Shown here piece after piece: positions 51,601 through 64,000 of a stretch of DNA of 64,000 nt. The DNA comes from Eledone cirrhosa (taxonomy: Eukaryota), in NCBI GenBank assembly GCA_964016885.1, contig OZ024741.1:412920001-412984000 (forward strand), read 5' to 3'. Below the pieces are notes generated by a model, which was not told the origin of the DNA, did not search any database, and saw only the letters and a list, made by a program, of their open reading frames with translations. Positions within the stretch are counted from its first letter, which is position 1, and every line of letters begins with the position of its first letter. A program made the position numbers and the translations under genes.

Positions 51601-54600
51601 AGAGGTATAAGGTGTTAGACCAAGGTAGACTAAGACAGGAAAGAGCTATATGATGTTAGACACAGGTAGACTAAGACAGGAGAGAGGTATATGATGTTAG
51701 GCCAAGGTAGACTAAGACAGGAGAGAGGAGAGGTATATGATGTTAGGCCAAGGTAGAATAAGACAGGAGAGAAGAGAGGTATATGATGTTAGACCAAGTT
51801 AGACTATGACAGGAGAGATGTATATGATGTTAGACCAAGGTAGAATTAGACAGGAGAGAGGTATATGATGTTTGATCAAGGTAGACTAAGACAGGAGAGA
51901 AGAGAGGTATATGATGTTAGACCAAGGTAGACTTAGACAGGAGAGAAGTATAAGATGGTAGATCAAGGTAAACTTAGACAGGAGAGGGGTTTAAGATGTT
52001 AGACCAAGGTAGACTAAGATATAAGAGAGGTATATGATGTTAGACCAAGGTAGACTAAGACAGGAGAGAAAAGAGGTATATGATGTTAGACCAATGTAGA
52101 CTATGACAGGAGAGAAGAGAGATATATGATGTTAGACGAAGGTAGACTAAGACATCAGAGAAAAGAGGTATATGATGTTAGACCAAGGTAGACTTAGATA
52201 GGAGAAAGGTGTAAGATGTTAGACCATGGTAGACTAAGACAGGAGAGAAGAGAGGAATATGATGTTAGACCAAGTTAGAATAAGACAGGAGAAAGTTATA
52301 TGATGTTAGACTAAGACAGGAGGTATGAGATGTTAGTCCAAGGTAGACTAAGACAGGAGAGGAGAGAGGTGTAAGTTGTTAAACCAAGGTAAACTAAGAT
52401 AGGAGAGAGGTATATGATGTTAGACCAAGGTAGACTAAGATAGGAGAGAGGTATATGTTGTTAGACCAAGGTAGACTAAGACAGGAGAGAACAGAGGTAT
52501 ATGATGTTAGACCAAGGTAGACAAAGACAGGAGAGAAGAGAGGAATATGATGTTAGACCAAGGTAAACTTAGACAGGAGAGAAGAGATGTATATGATGTT
52601 AGACCAAGGTAGACAAAGACAGGAGAGAGCTATATGATGTTAGACCAAGGTAGACTTAGACAGGAGAGAGGTATCAGATGGTAGACTAAGACAGAAGAGA
52701 AGAGAGGTATATGATGTTAGACTAAGGTAGACTAAGACAGGAGAGAAGAGAGGTATATGCTGTTAGACAAAGGTAGACTAAGACAGGAGAGAGGTATATG
52801 ATTTTAGACCAAGGTAGACTTAGCCAGGAGAGAGGTATAAGATGTTAGACCGAGGTTGACTAAGACAGGAAAGAAGAGAGGGATATGATGCTAGACCCAG
52901 TTAGACTATGACAGGAGAGAAGAGCGGTATATGATGTTAGACCAAGTAGACTTAGACAGGAGAGAGGTGTAAGATGTTAGACCAAGGTAGACTAAGACAG
53001 GAGAGGAGAGAGTTATATGATCTTAGACCAAGTTATACTAAGACAGTAGAGAAGAGATGTATATGACGTTAGACCAAGGTAGACTAAGACAGTAGAGAAG
53101 AGATGTATATGATGTTAGACCATTGTAGACTAACACAGGAGAGAGCTATATGATGTTAGACCAAGGTAGACTAAGACAGGAAAGAGCTATATGATGTTAG
53201 ACCAAGGTAGACTAAGACAGGAGATAAGAGAGTGATATGATATTAGGCTAAGGTAGACTAAGACAGGAGAGAGGTATATGATGTTAGACCATTGTAGACT
53301 AAGACATCAGAGAAGAGAGGTATATGATGTTAGACGAAGTTACAGTAAGACAGGAGAGAGCTATATGATGTTAGACCAAGTTAGACTGAGATAGGAGAGA
53401 GGTATATGAAGTTAGACCAAGGTAGACTAAGACAGGAGAGAGCTATATGATGTCAGACCAAGTTAGACTAAGAGAGGAGAGAGGTATAAGATGGTAGACC
53501 AAGTTAGACTGAGACAGAAGAGAGATGTTAAATCAAGGTAAACTAAGACAGGAGAGAAGAGAGGTATATGATGTTAGATCAAGGTAGAGAAGAGAGGTAT
53601 ATGATGTTAGACCAAAGTAGACTAAGACCGGAGATAGGTATATGATGTTAGACCAAGGTAGATTTAGACAGGAGAGAGGTATAAGATGTTAGACCAAGGT
53701 AAACTTAGAGAGGAGAGAGGTTTAAGATGTTAGACAAGGTAGACTAAGACAGGAGAGAAGAGACGTATATGATGTTAGACCAAGGTAGACTAAGACAGGA
53801 GAGAGGTATAAGATGTTAGACCAAGGTAGACTAAGACAGGAGAGAAGAGAGGAATATGATGTTAGACCAAGGTAGACTAAGATAGGAGAGAGGTATAAGA
53901 TGTTCGACCAAGTTAGACTGAGACAGGATGTATAAGATGTTTGACAAGGTAGACTAAGACAGGAGAGAAGAGACGTATATGATGTTAGACCAAGGTAGAC
54001 TAAGACAGGAGAGAGGTATAAGATGTTAGACCAAGGTAGACTAAGACAGGAGAGAAGAGAGGAATATGATGTTAGACCAAGGTAAACTTAGACAGGAGAG
54101 AAGTGATGTATATGATATTAGACCAAGGTAGAATAAGACAGGAGAGAGGTGTAAGATGTTAGACCAAGGTAGAGTAAGACAGGAGAGGAGTGAGCTATAT
54201 GATCTTAGACCAGGTTAGACTAAGACAGTAGAGAAGAGATGTATATGACGTTAGACCAAGCTAGATGAAGACTGGAGAGAGCTATATGATGTTAGACCAA
54301 GGTAGACTAAGCCAAGAGAGAAGAGAGGTTTTTGATATTAGACCAAGGTAGACTAACACAGGAGAGAAGAGTGGTATATGATGTTAGACCAAGCTAGACC
54401 AAGACTGGAGAGAGCTATATGATGTTAGACCATTGTAGACTAAGACAGGAGAGAGCTATATGATGTTAGACCAAGTTAGACTAAGACAGGTCAGAAGAGA
54501 CGTATATGATGTTAGACAAAGGTACACTAAGACAGGAGAGAGGTATAAGATGTTAGACCAAGGTAGACTAAGACAGGAGAGAGCTATATGATGTTAGACC

Positions 54601-57600
54601 AAGTTAGACTAAGACAGGTAAGAAGATACGTTTATGATGTTAGACAAAGGTAGACTAAGACAGGAGAGAGGTATATGATGTTAGACCAAGGTAGACTAAG
54701 ACACTAGAGAGGTATAAGGTGTTAGACCAAGGTAGACTAAGACAGGAAAGAGCTATATGATGTTAGGCCAAGGTAGACTAAGACAGGAGAGAGGAGAGGT
54801 ATATGATGTTAGGCCAAGGTAGAATAAGACAGGAGAGAAGAGAGGTATATGATGTTAGACCAAGGTAGACTATGACAGGAGAGATGTATATGATGTTAGA
54901 CCAAGGTAGACTTAGACAGGAGAGAGGTATATGATGTTAGACCAAGGTAGACTAACACAGGAGAGAGGAGAGGTATATGATGTTAGGCCAAGGTAGAATA
55001 AGACAGGAGAGAAGAGAGGTATATGATGTTAGACCAAGGTAGACTATGACAGGAGAGATGTATATGATGTTAGACCAAGGTAGACTTAGACAGGAGAGAG
55101 GTATATGATGTTAGACCATGGTAGACTAAGACAGGAGAGAGTTATATGATGTTTGATCAAGGTAAACTAAGACAGGAGAGAAGAGAGGTATATGATTTTA
55201 GACCAAGGTAGACTAAGACAGGAGAGAGGTATAAGATGTTCGACGAAGGTAGACTAAGACCGGAGAGAAGAGAGGTATATGATTTTAGATCAAGGTAGAC
55301 TAAGACAGTAGAGAAGAGTGGTATATGAGGTTAGGCGAAGGTAGACTAAGACCGGAGAGAGGTATAAGATGGTAGATCAAGGTAAACTTGGAACAGGAGA
55401 GGGGTTTAAGATGTTAGACCAAGGTAGACTAAGATATAAGAGAGGTATATGATGTTAGACCAAGGTAGACTAAGACAGGAGAAAAGAGAGGTATATGAAT
55501 GTTAGACCAATGTAGACTATGACAGGAGAGAAGAGAGATATATGATGTTAGACGAAGGTAGACTAAGACATCAGAGAAAAGAGGTATATGATGTTAGACC
55601 AAGGTAGACATAGATAGGAGAAAGGTGTAAGATGTTAGACCATGGTAGACTAAGACAGGAGAGAAGAGAGGAATATGATGTTAGACCAAGGTAAACTAAG
55701 ACAGGAGAGAAGAGAGTTATATGATGTTAGATCAAGGTAGAGAAGAGAGGTATATGATGTTAGACCAAGCTAGACTAAGATAGGAGAGAGGTATAAGATG
55801 TTCGACCAAGTTAGACTAAGACAGGAGGTATAAGATGTTAGTCCAAGGTAGACTAAGACAGTAGAGAGGTGTAAGATGTTAACCAAGGTAAACTAAGATA
55901 GGAGGAGAGGTATATGATGTTAGACAAAGTTAGACTAAGACAGGAGAGAAGAGACGTATATGGTGTTAGACCAAGATAGACTAAGACGGTTAAGAGCTAT
56001 ATGATGTTAGACCAAGGTAGAGTAAGACAGAAGAGAGACATAAGATGTTAGATCAAGGTAAACTAAGACAGGAGAGAAGAGAGGTATATGATTTTAGATC
56101 AAGGTAGACTAAGACAGTAGAGAAGAGTGGTATATGAGGTTAGGCGAAGGTAGACTAAGACCGGAGAGAGGTATATGATATTAGACCAAGGTAGACTAAG
56201 ACAGGAGAGAGGTGTAAGATGATAGACCAAGGTAGACTAAGACAGGAGAGGAGAGAGCTATATGATCTTAGACCAGGTTAGACTAAGACAGTAGAGAAGA
56301 GATGTATATGACGTTAGACCAAGCTAGATGAAGACTGGAGAGAGCTATATAATGTTAGACTAAGGTAGACTAAGCCAAGAGAGAAGAGAGGTATTTGACA
56401 TTAGACCAAGGTAGACTAAGACAGGAGAGAAGAGAGGTATATGATGTTATACCAAGCTAGACGAAGACTGGAGAGAGCTATATGATGTTACACCATTGTA
56501 GACGAAGACAGGAGAGAGCTATATGATGTTAGACCAAGTTAGACTAAGACAGGTCAGAAGAGACGTATATGATGTTAGACAAAGGTAGACTAAGACAGGA
56601 GAGAGGTATAAGATGTTAGACCAAGGTAGACTAAGACAGGAGAGAGCTATATGATGTTAGACCAAGTTAGACTAAGACAGGTGAGAAGAGACGTATATGA
56701 TATTAGACAAAGATAGACTAAGACAGGAGAGAGGTATATGATGTTAGACCAAGGTAGACTAAGACAGGAGAGAGGTATATGATGTTAGGCCAAGGTAGAC
56801 TAAGACAAGAGAAGAGAGGTATATGATGTTAGACCAAGGTAGACTATGACAGGAGAGATGTATATGATGTTAGACCAAGGTAGACTTAGACAGGAGAGAG
56901 GTATATGATGTTAGACCATGGTAGACTAAGACAGGAGAGAGTTATATGATGTTTGATCAAGGTAAACTAAACAGGAGAGAAGAGACGTATATGATTTTAG
57001 ACCAAGTTTGACAAAGACAGGAGAGAGGTATAAGATGTTCGACGAAGGTAGACTAAGATAGGAGAGAGTTATATGATGTTAGAGCAAGGTAGACTAAGAC
57101 AGAAGAGAAGAGAGATACATGATGTTAGACCAAGGTAGACTTAGACAGGAGAGAGGTATGAGATGGTAGACCAAGTTAGACTAAGACAGAAGAGAGACAA
57201 GATGTTAGATCAAGATAAACTAAGACAGGAGAGAAGAGAGGTATATGATGTTAGACCAGGGTAGACTAAGACCGGAGAGAGGTATATGATGTTAGACCAA
57301 GGTAGACTTAGACAGGAGAGAGGTATAAGATGGTAGATCAAGGTAAACTTAGACAGGAGAGAGGTTTAAGATGTTAGACCAAGGTAGACTAAGATATAAG
57401 AGAGGTATATGATGTTAGACCAAGGTAGACTAAGACAGGAGAGAAGAGAGGTATATGATGTTAGACCAATGTAGACTATGACAGGAGAGAAGAGAGATAT
57501 ATGATGTTAGACGAAGGTAGACTAAGACATCAGAGAAAAGAGGTATATGATGTTAGACCAAGGTAGACTTAGATAGGAGAAAGGTGTAAGATGTTAGACC

Positions 57601-60600
57601 ATGGTAGACTAAGACAGGAGAGAAGAGAGGAATATGATGTTAGACCAAGGTAAACTTAGACAGGAGAGAAGAGATGTTTATGATGTTAGACCAAGGTAGA
57701 ATAAGACAGGAGAAAGCTATATGATGTTAGACCAAGTTAGACTAAGACAGGAGAGAAGAGAGGTGTAAGTTGTTAAACCAAGGTAAACTAAGATAGGAGA
57801 GAGGTATATGATGTTAGACCAAGGTAGACTAAGATAGGAGAGATGTATATGTTGTTAGACCAAGGTAGACTAAGACAGGAGAGAGCTATATGATGTTAGA
57901 CCAAGGTATACTTAGACAGGAGAGAGGTATCAGATGGTAGACTAAGACAGGAGAGAAGAGGTATATGATGTTAGACTAAGGTAGACTAAGACAGGAGAGA
58001 CGAGAGGGATATGCTGTTAGACAGAGGTAGACTAAGACAGGAGAGAGGTATATGATTTTAGACCATGGTAGACTTAGCCAGGAGAGAGGTATAGGATGTT
58101 AGACCGAGGTCGACTAAGACAGGAAAGAAGAGAGGGATATGATGTTAGACCAAGTTAGACTATGACAGGAGAGAAGAGCGGTATATGATGTTAGACCAAG
58201 TAGACTTAGACAGGAGAGAGGTGTAAGATGTTAGACCAAGGTAGACTAAGACAGGAGAGGAGAGAGTTATGTGATCTTAGACCAAGTTAGACTAAGACAG
58301 TAGAGAAGAGATGTACATGACGTTAGACCAAGGTAGACTAAGACAGTAGAGAAGAGATGTATATGATGTTAGACCATTGTAGACTAAGACAGGAGAGAGC
58401 TATATGATGTTAGACCAAGGTAGACTAAGTCACGAGAGAGGTATAAGCTGTTAGACCAAGGTAGACTAAGACAGGAAAGAGCTATATGATGTTAGACCAA
58501 AGTAGACTAAGACAGGAGATAAGAGAGTGATATGATATTAGGCCAAGGTAGACTAAGACTGGAGTGAGGTATATGATGTTAGACCATGGTAGACTAAGAC
58601 AGGAGAGAGTTATATGATGTTTGAACAATGTAAACTAAGACAGGAGAGAAGAGAGGTATATGATTTTAGACCAAGGTTGACTAAGACAGGAGAGAGGTAT
58701 AAGATGTTCGACGAAGGTAGACTAAGATAGGAGAGAGGTATATGATGTTAGAGGAAGGTAGACTAAACAGAAGAGAAGGGAGGTATATGATGTTAGACCA
58801 AGGTAGACTAAGGCAGGAGAGAAGAGAGGTATATGATGTTAGACCAAGGTAGATTAAGACAGGAGAGAAGAGATGTATATGATGTTAGACCAAGGTAGAC
58901 TAAGACAGGAGAAAAGAGAGGTATATGATGTTAGACCAATGTAGACTATGACAGGAGAGAAGAGAGATATATGATGTTAGACGAAGGTAGACTAAGACAT
59001 CAGAGAAAAGAGGTATATGATGTTAGACCAAGGTAGACATAGATAGGAGAAAGGTGTAAGATGTTAGACCATGGTAGACTAAGACAGGAGAGAAGAGAGG
59101 AATATGATGTTAGACCAAGGTAAACGAAGACAGGAGAGAAGAAAGTTATATGATGTTAGATCAAGGTAGAGAAGAGAGGTATATGATGTTAGACCAAGCT
59201 AGACTAAGATAGGAGAGAGGTATAAGATGTTCGACCAAGTTAGACTAAGACAGGAGGTATAAGATGTTAGTCCAAGGTAGACTAAGACAGGAGAGAGGTG
59301 TAAGATGTTAACCAAGGTAAACTAAGATAGGAGAGAGGTATATGATGTTAGACAAAGTTAGACTAAGACAGGAGAGAAGAGACGTATATGGTGTTAGACC
59401 AAGGTAGACTAAGACAGGCGAGAGGTATATGATGTTAGACAAAGGTAGACTAAGACAGGAGAGAGGTATATGATGTTAGACCATGGTAGACTTAGACAGA
59501 AGAGAAGAGAGATATATGATGTTAGACCAAGATAGACTAAGACGGTTAAGAGCTATATGATGTTAGACCAAGGTAGACTAAGACAGAAGAGAGACGTAAG
59601 ATGTTAGATCAAGGTAAACTAAGACAGGAGAGAAGAGAGGTATATGATTTTCGATCAAGGTAGACTAAGACAGTAGAGAAGAGTGGTATATGAGGTTAGA
59701 CGAAGGTAGACTAAGACCGGAGAGAGGTATATGATATTAGACCAAGGTAGACTAAGACAGGAGAGAGGTGTAAGATGATAGATCAAGGTAGACTAAGACA
59801 GGAGAGGAGAGAGCTATATGATCTTAGACCAGGTTAGACTAAGACAGTAGCAAGAGATGTATATGACGTTAGACCAAGCTAGATGAAGACTGGAGAGAGC
59901 TATATAATGTTAGACTAAGGTAGACTAAGCCAAGAGAGAAGAGAGCTATTTGATATTAGACCAAGGTAGACTAAGACAGGAGAGAAGAGAGGTATATGAT
60001 GTTAGACCAAGCTAGACGAAGACTGGAGAGAGCTATATGATGTTAGACCATTGTAGACGAAGACAGGAGAGAGCTATATGATGTTAGACCAAGTTCGACT
60101 AAGACAGGTCAGAAGAGACGTATATGATGTTAGACAAAGGTAGACTAAGACAGGAGAGAGGTATAAGATGTTAGACCAAGGTAGACTAAGACAGGAGAGA
60201 GCTATATGATGTTAGACCAAGTTAGACTAAGACAGGTGAGAAGAGACGTATATGATATTAGACAAAGGTAGACTAAGACAGGAGAGAGGTATATGATGTT
60301 AGACCAAGTTAGACTAAGACAGGAGAGAGGTATATGATGTTAGGCCAAGGTAGACTAAGACAAGAGAAGAGAGGTATATGATGTTAGACCAAGGTAGACT
60401 ATGACAGGAGAGATGTATATGATGTTAGACCAAGGTAGACTTAGACAGGAGAGAGGTATATGATGTTAGACCATGGTAGACTAAGACAGGAGAGAGTTAT
60501 ATGATGTTTGATCAAGGTAAACTAAACAGGAGAGAAGAGACGTATATGATTTTAGACCAAGTTTGACAAAGTCAGGAGAGAGGTATAAGATGTTCGACGA

Positions 60601-62926
60601 AGGTAGACTAAGATAGGAGAGAGTTATATGATGTTAGAGCAAGGTAGACTAAGACAGAAGAGAAGAGAGATACATGATGTTAGACCAAGGTAGACTTAGA
60701 CAGGAGAGAGGTATGAGATGGTAGACCTAGTTAGACTAAGACAGAAGAGAGACAAGATGTTAGATCAAGATAAACTAAGACAGGAGAGAAGAGAGGTATA
60801 TGATGTTAGATCAAGGAAGAGAAGAGAGGTATATGATGTTAGACCAAGGTAGACTAAGTCAGGAGAGAGGTATATGATGTTAGACCAGTGTAGACTAAGA
60901 CCGGAGAGAGGTATATGATGTTAGACCAAGGTAGACTTAGACAGGAGAGAGGTATAAGATGGTAGATCAAGGTAAACTTAGACAGGAGAGAGGTTTAAGA
61001 TGTTAGACCAAGGTAGACTAAGATATAAGAGAGGTATATGATGTTAGACCAAGGTAGACTAAGACATCAGAGAAAAGAGGTATATGATGTTAGACCAAGG
61101 TAGACTTAGATAGGAGAAAGGTGTAAGATGTTAGACCATGGTAGACTAAGACAGGAGAGAAGAGAGGAATATGATGTTAGACGAAGGTAGACTAAGACAG
61201 GAGAGAGGTATATGATTTTAGATCAAGGTAGACTTAGCCAGGAGAGAGGTATAAGATGTTAGACCGAGGTCGACTAAGACAGGAAACAATAGAGGGATAT
61301 GATGTTAGACCAAATTAGACTAAGATAGGAGAGAAGAGATGTATATGATGTTAGACCAAGGTAGACTAAGATAGGAGAGAAGAGATGTATATGATGTTAG
61401 ACCAAGGTAGACGTAGACAGGAGAGAGGTGTAAGATGTTAGACCAAGGTAGACTAAGACAGGAGAGAAGAGATGAATATGATGTTAAACCAAGGTCGACT
61501 AAGACAGGAGAGAACTATATGATGTTAGACCAAGTTAGACTAAGACAAGTGAGAAGAGACATATAAGATGTTAGACAAAGGTAGACTAAGACAAGAGAGA
61601 AGTATAAGATGTTAGACCAAGATAGACTAAGACAGGAGAGACGCATATGATGTTAGACCATGGTAGACTAAGACAGGAGAGAGTTATATGATGTTAGATC
61701 AAGGTAGTCTAAAACTGTAGAGAAGAAAGGTATATGATGTTAGACCAAGGTAGACTAAGACAGGAGAGAGGTATATTATGTTAGACCAAGATAGACTAAG
61801 ACAAGTGAGAAGAGACGTATAAGATGTTAGACAAAGGTAGACTAAGACAGGAGAGAAGTATAAGATGTTAGACCAAGACAGGAGAGATCTATATGATGTT
61901 AGACCAAGTTAGACTAAGACAGGTGAGAAGAGACGTATATGATGTTAGACAAAGATAGACTAAGACAGGAGAGATGTATATGATGTTAGACCGAGGTAGA
62001 CTAAGACAGGAAAGAGCTATATGATGTTAGACCAAGGTAGACTAAGACAGGAGAGACGTATATGATGTTAGGCCAATGTAGACTAAGACAGGAGAGAAGA
62101 GAGTTATATGATTTTAGACCAAGATAGTGTAAGACAGGAGAGAAGAGAGGTATATGATGTTAGACCAAGGTAGACTATGACAGGAGAGATGTATATGATG
62201 TTAGACCATGGTAGACTAAGACAGGAGAGAGTTATATGATGTTAGATCAAGGTAGTCTAAAACTGTAGAGAAGAAAGGTATATGATGTTAGACCAATGTA
62301 GACTAAGACAGGAGAGGTATATTATGTTAGACCAAGATAGACTAAGACAAGAGAGAAGAGAGTTTAATGATGTTAAACCAAGGTAGACTAATACAGGAGA
62401 GAAGAGAGGGATATGATGTTAAACCAAGGTAGACTAATACAGGAGAGAAGAGAGGGATATGATGTTAGACCAAGGTAGATTGAGACAGGAGAGAGGTATA
62501 TGATGTTAGACCAAGGTAGACTAAGACAGGAGAGAAGAGAGGTATATGATGTTAGCCCAAGGTAGACTAAGACTGGAGAGAAGAGCGGTATATGATGTTA
62601 GACCAAGGTAGACTAAGACAGGAGAGAAGAGAGGTATATGATGTTAGACCAAGGTTGACTAATACAGGAGAGAAGAGAGGTATAAGATGTTAGACCAAGG
62701 TAGACTAAGACATGAGAGAAGAGTGGAATACGATATTAGACCAAGGTAGATTTAGACAGGAGACAGGATATGATGTTAGACCAAGGTCGAATAAGACAGG
62801 AGAGAAAAGAGCTATATGATGTTAGACCAAGGTAGACTGACATAGGAGAGAGGTATATGATGTTAGACCAAGGTAGACTAAGACAGGAGACAGGTATAAG
62901 ATTTTAGACCAAGTTAGACTAAGACC
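39678..62926. repeat. Satellite DNA array, ~23.2 kb, monomer mainly 41/46 bp (also 37 bp)
   Basis: Consensus AGGTATATGATGTTAGACCAAGGTAGACTAAGACAGGAGAG(AAGAG). Roughly 500-560 monomers by length division. Single orientation, purine-rich + strand, no TE insertion seen. Confidence 0.98.
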
Positions 62927-63318
62927 ACAGGAGCGAAGAGATAATATAGAAGATAAACGTCTTGAATAGCTCCTCTGTTGAATTTCCATGGGACCCACTA
63001 GTATTAATAGAAATAGTTTAATAGTAACTTATTGTATGTAAGATAAACATTGTGGCATATTAGTATTAGAGGTTCTTTCCAATATATTGGTAAAAATCAA
63101 TCAATTAGATGATTTGAAGGGGGACTTAAGTCACTCGTGCTCTAAGAAAGTCAAATTAAATATATTTATACTATTTATAGATTTCTGTTTTAAACAGAAT
63201 TTTTGTTTTAAAATCATCATCATTATCACTAATAACATTATTGTTATTTATTGTGGCACCAGCACTAAAGAGGTTGTTATGTCCTTGGCCCAACATTACC
63301 TTTCATCCTTCTTGTGTC

Positions 63319-64000
63319 CATCATCATCATCGTTTTTACGTCTGTTTCCATGATTGCTTGGTTGTGACAGGCCCTTCTCAGCACAACATCTCTCCACACA
63401 TCACAATCCTTTATCATCCCCTCTGTGAGTTTCAGTGATTTGAGGTCAGCTCTCACAACCTCTACCCAGGTCTTTCTTGGTTGTCTTCTATTGCAACTTC
63501 CTTCCACTGGGATTTCCTGGTATTTCTTCACCCCAAAATCATTGTCCATGCGCATCACATGTCCATACCAACATAGTTCTCTCTTGCACTCCACCGCAAA
63601 TACCTCTTAAACCCAGTTTCTCCCTTAGCTCATCCAAGTTCTCCTTCTCTCTCACACTTACATTGCACATCCAACAAAACATGGTTGCTTCATTTCTCTC
63701 CAGTCTACGCATATCTCCTGCAGTCACAGCCCATGTTTCACTACCATGCAGTATTGTACTTTGCACACAGGCATCATACAGTCACCCGTTCGTATGTAGG
63801 GAGAACCTTTTATTGTCAACAGAGGGAGTAGCTCTCTAAACTTCTTTCATCCTATCCATAGTCTAGCTATTATGCTCTCCGAGCACCCTCCTCCATTGCT
63901 AATTACGTTGTCTAGATAGCTGAAGCTATTAACCACTTCTATGGGTCACTCCTGTGACGGCAATAGGCTTACATCACTGTGTACCCTCTACAAACAAAGT
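63319..64000 (-). mobile_element. Old RTE LINE 3' portion, running off the window
   Basis: ORFs 63539-63766 (LHGSETWAV..RRLERNEA) and 63277-63594 (WYGHVMRM..PRKTW). (CAT)n tail at 63319-63331. Resembles the 22475-23440 subfamily. Confidence 0.9.

Noticed and set aside
39678-62926. CRISPR-like array or repeat-protein gene
   Set aside because: No unique spacers between repeats, eukaryotic context, and stop codons are so frequent that the ORF track shows only one short ORF.

Overview
Eukaryotic, almost entirely repeat-derived DNA with no confidently identifiable host gene. The SINE/RTE motifs and (TA)n/(CA)n density resemble an invertebrate, probably octopus-like, genome (inference). Layout: 1-4.3 kb G/T-rich simple repeats. 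4.8-37.6 kb is a nested pile of mobile elements: several RTE-clade LINE copies from at least three subfamilies (one near full length, one young copy inserted in another, all with a PHD-type C4HC3 finger inside the RT region), two CRE-like endonuclease remnants (one split by a 23-unit 66/69-bp array), two Penelope-like elements, tRNA-derived SINEs, MITEs and a DD37D (maT) Tc1/mariner. 38.3-39.3 kb is a non-autonomous Helitron with an internal 37-bp array, 39.7-62.9 kb is a ~23 kb 41/46-bp satellite, and an old RTE ends the window. The signals least explained by a standard annotation are RNA structures: five type I hammerhead ribozyme motifs within ~5 kb (24.6-29.4 kb), tandem H-type pseudoknots in the RTE 3' UTR shared with a SINE, and ~45-nt RTE tail stubs arranged tail-to-tail in (TA)n. 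All calls were made by eye; no searches or folding programs were run.
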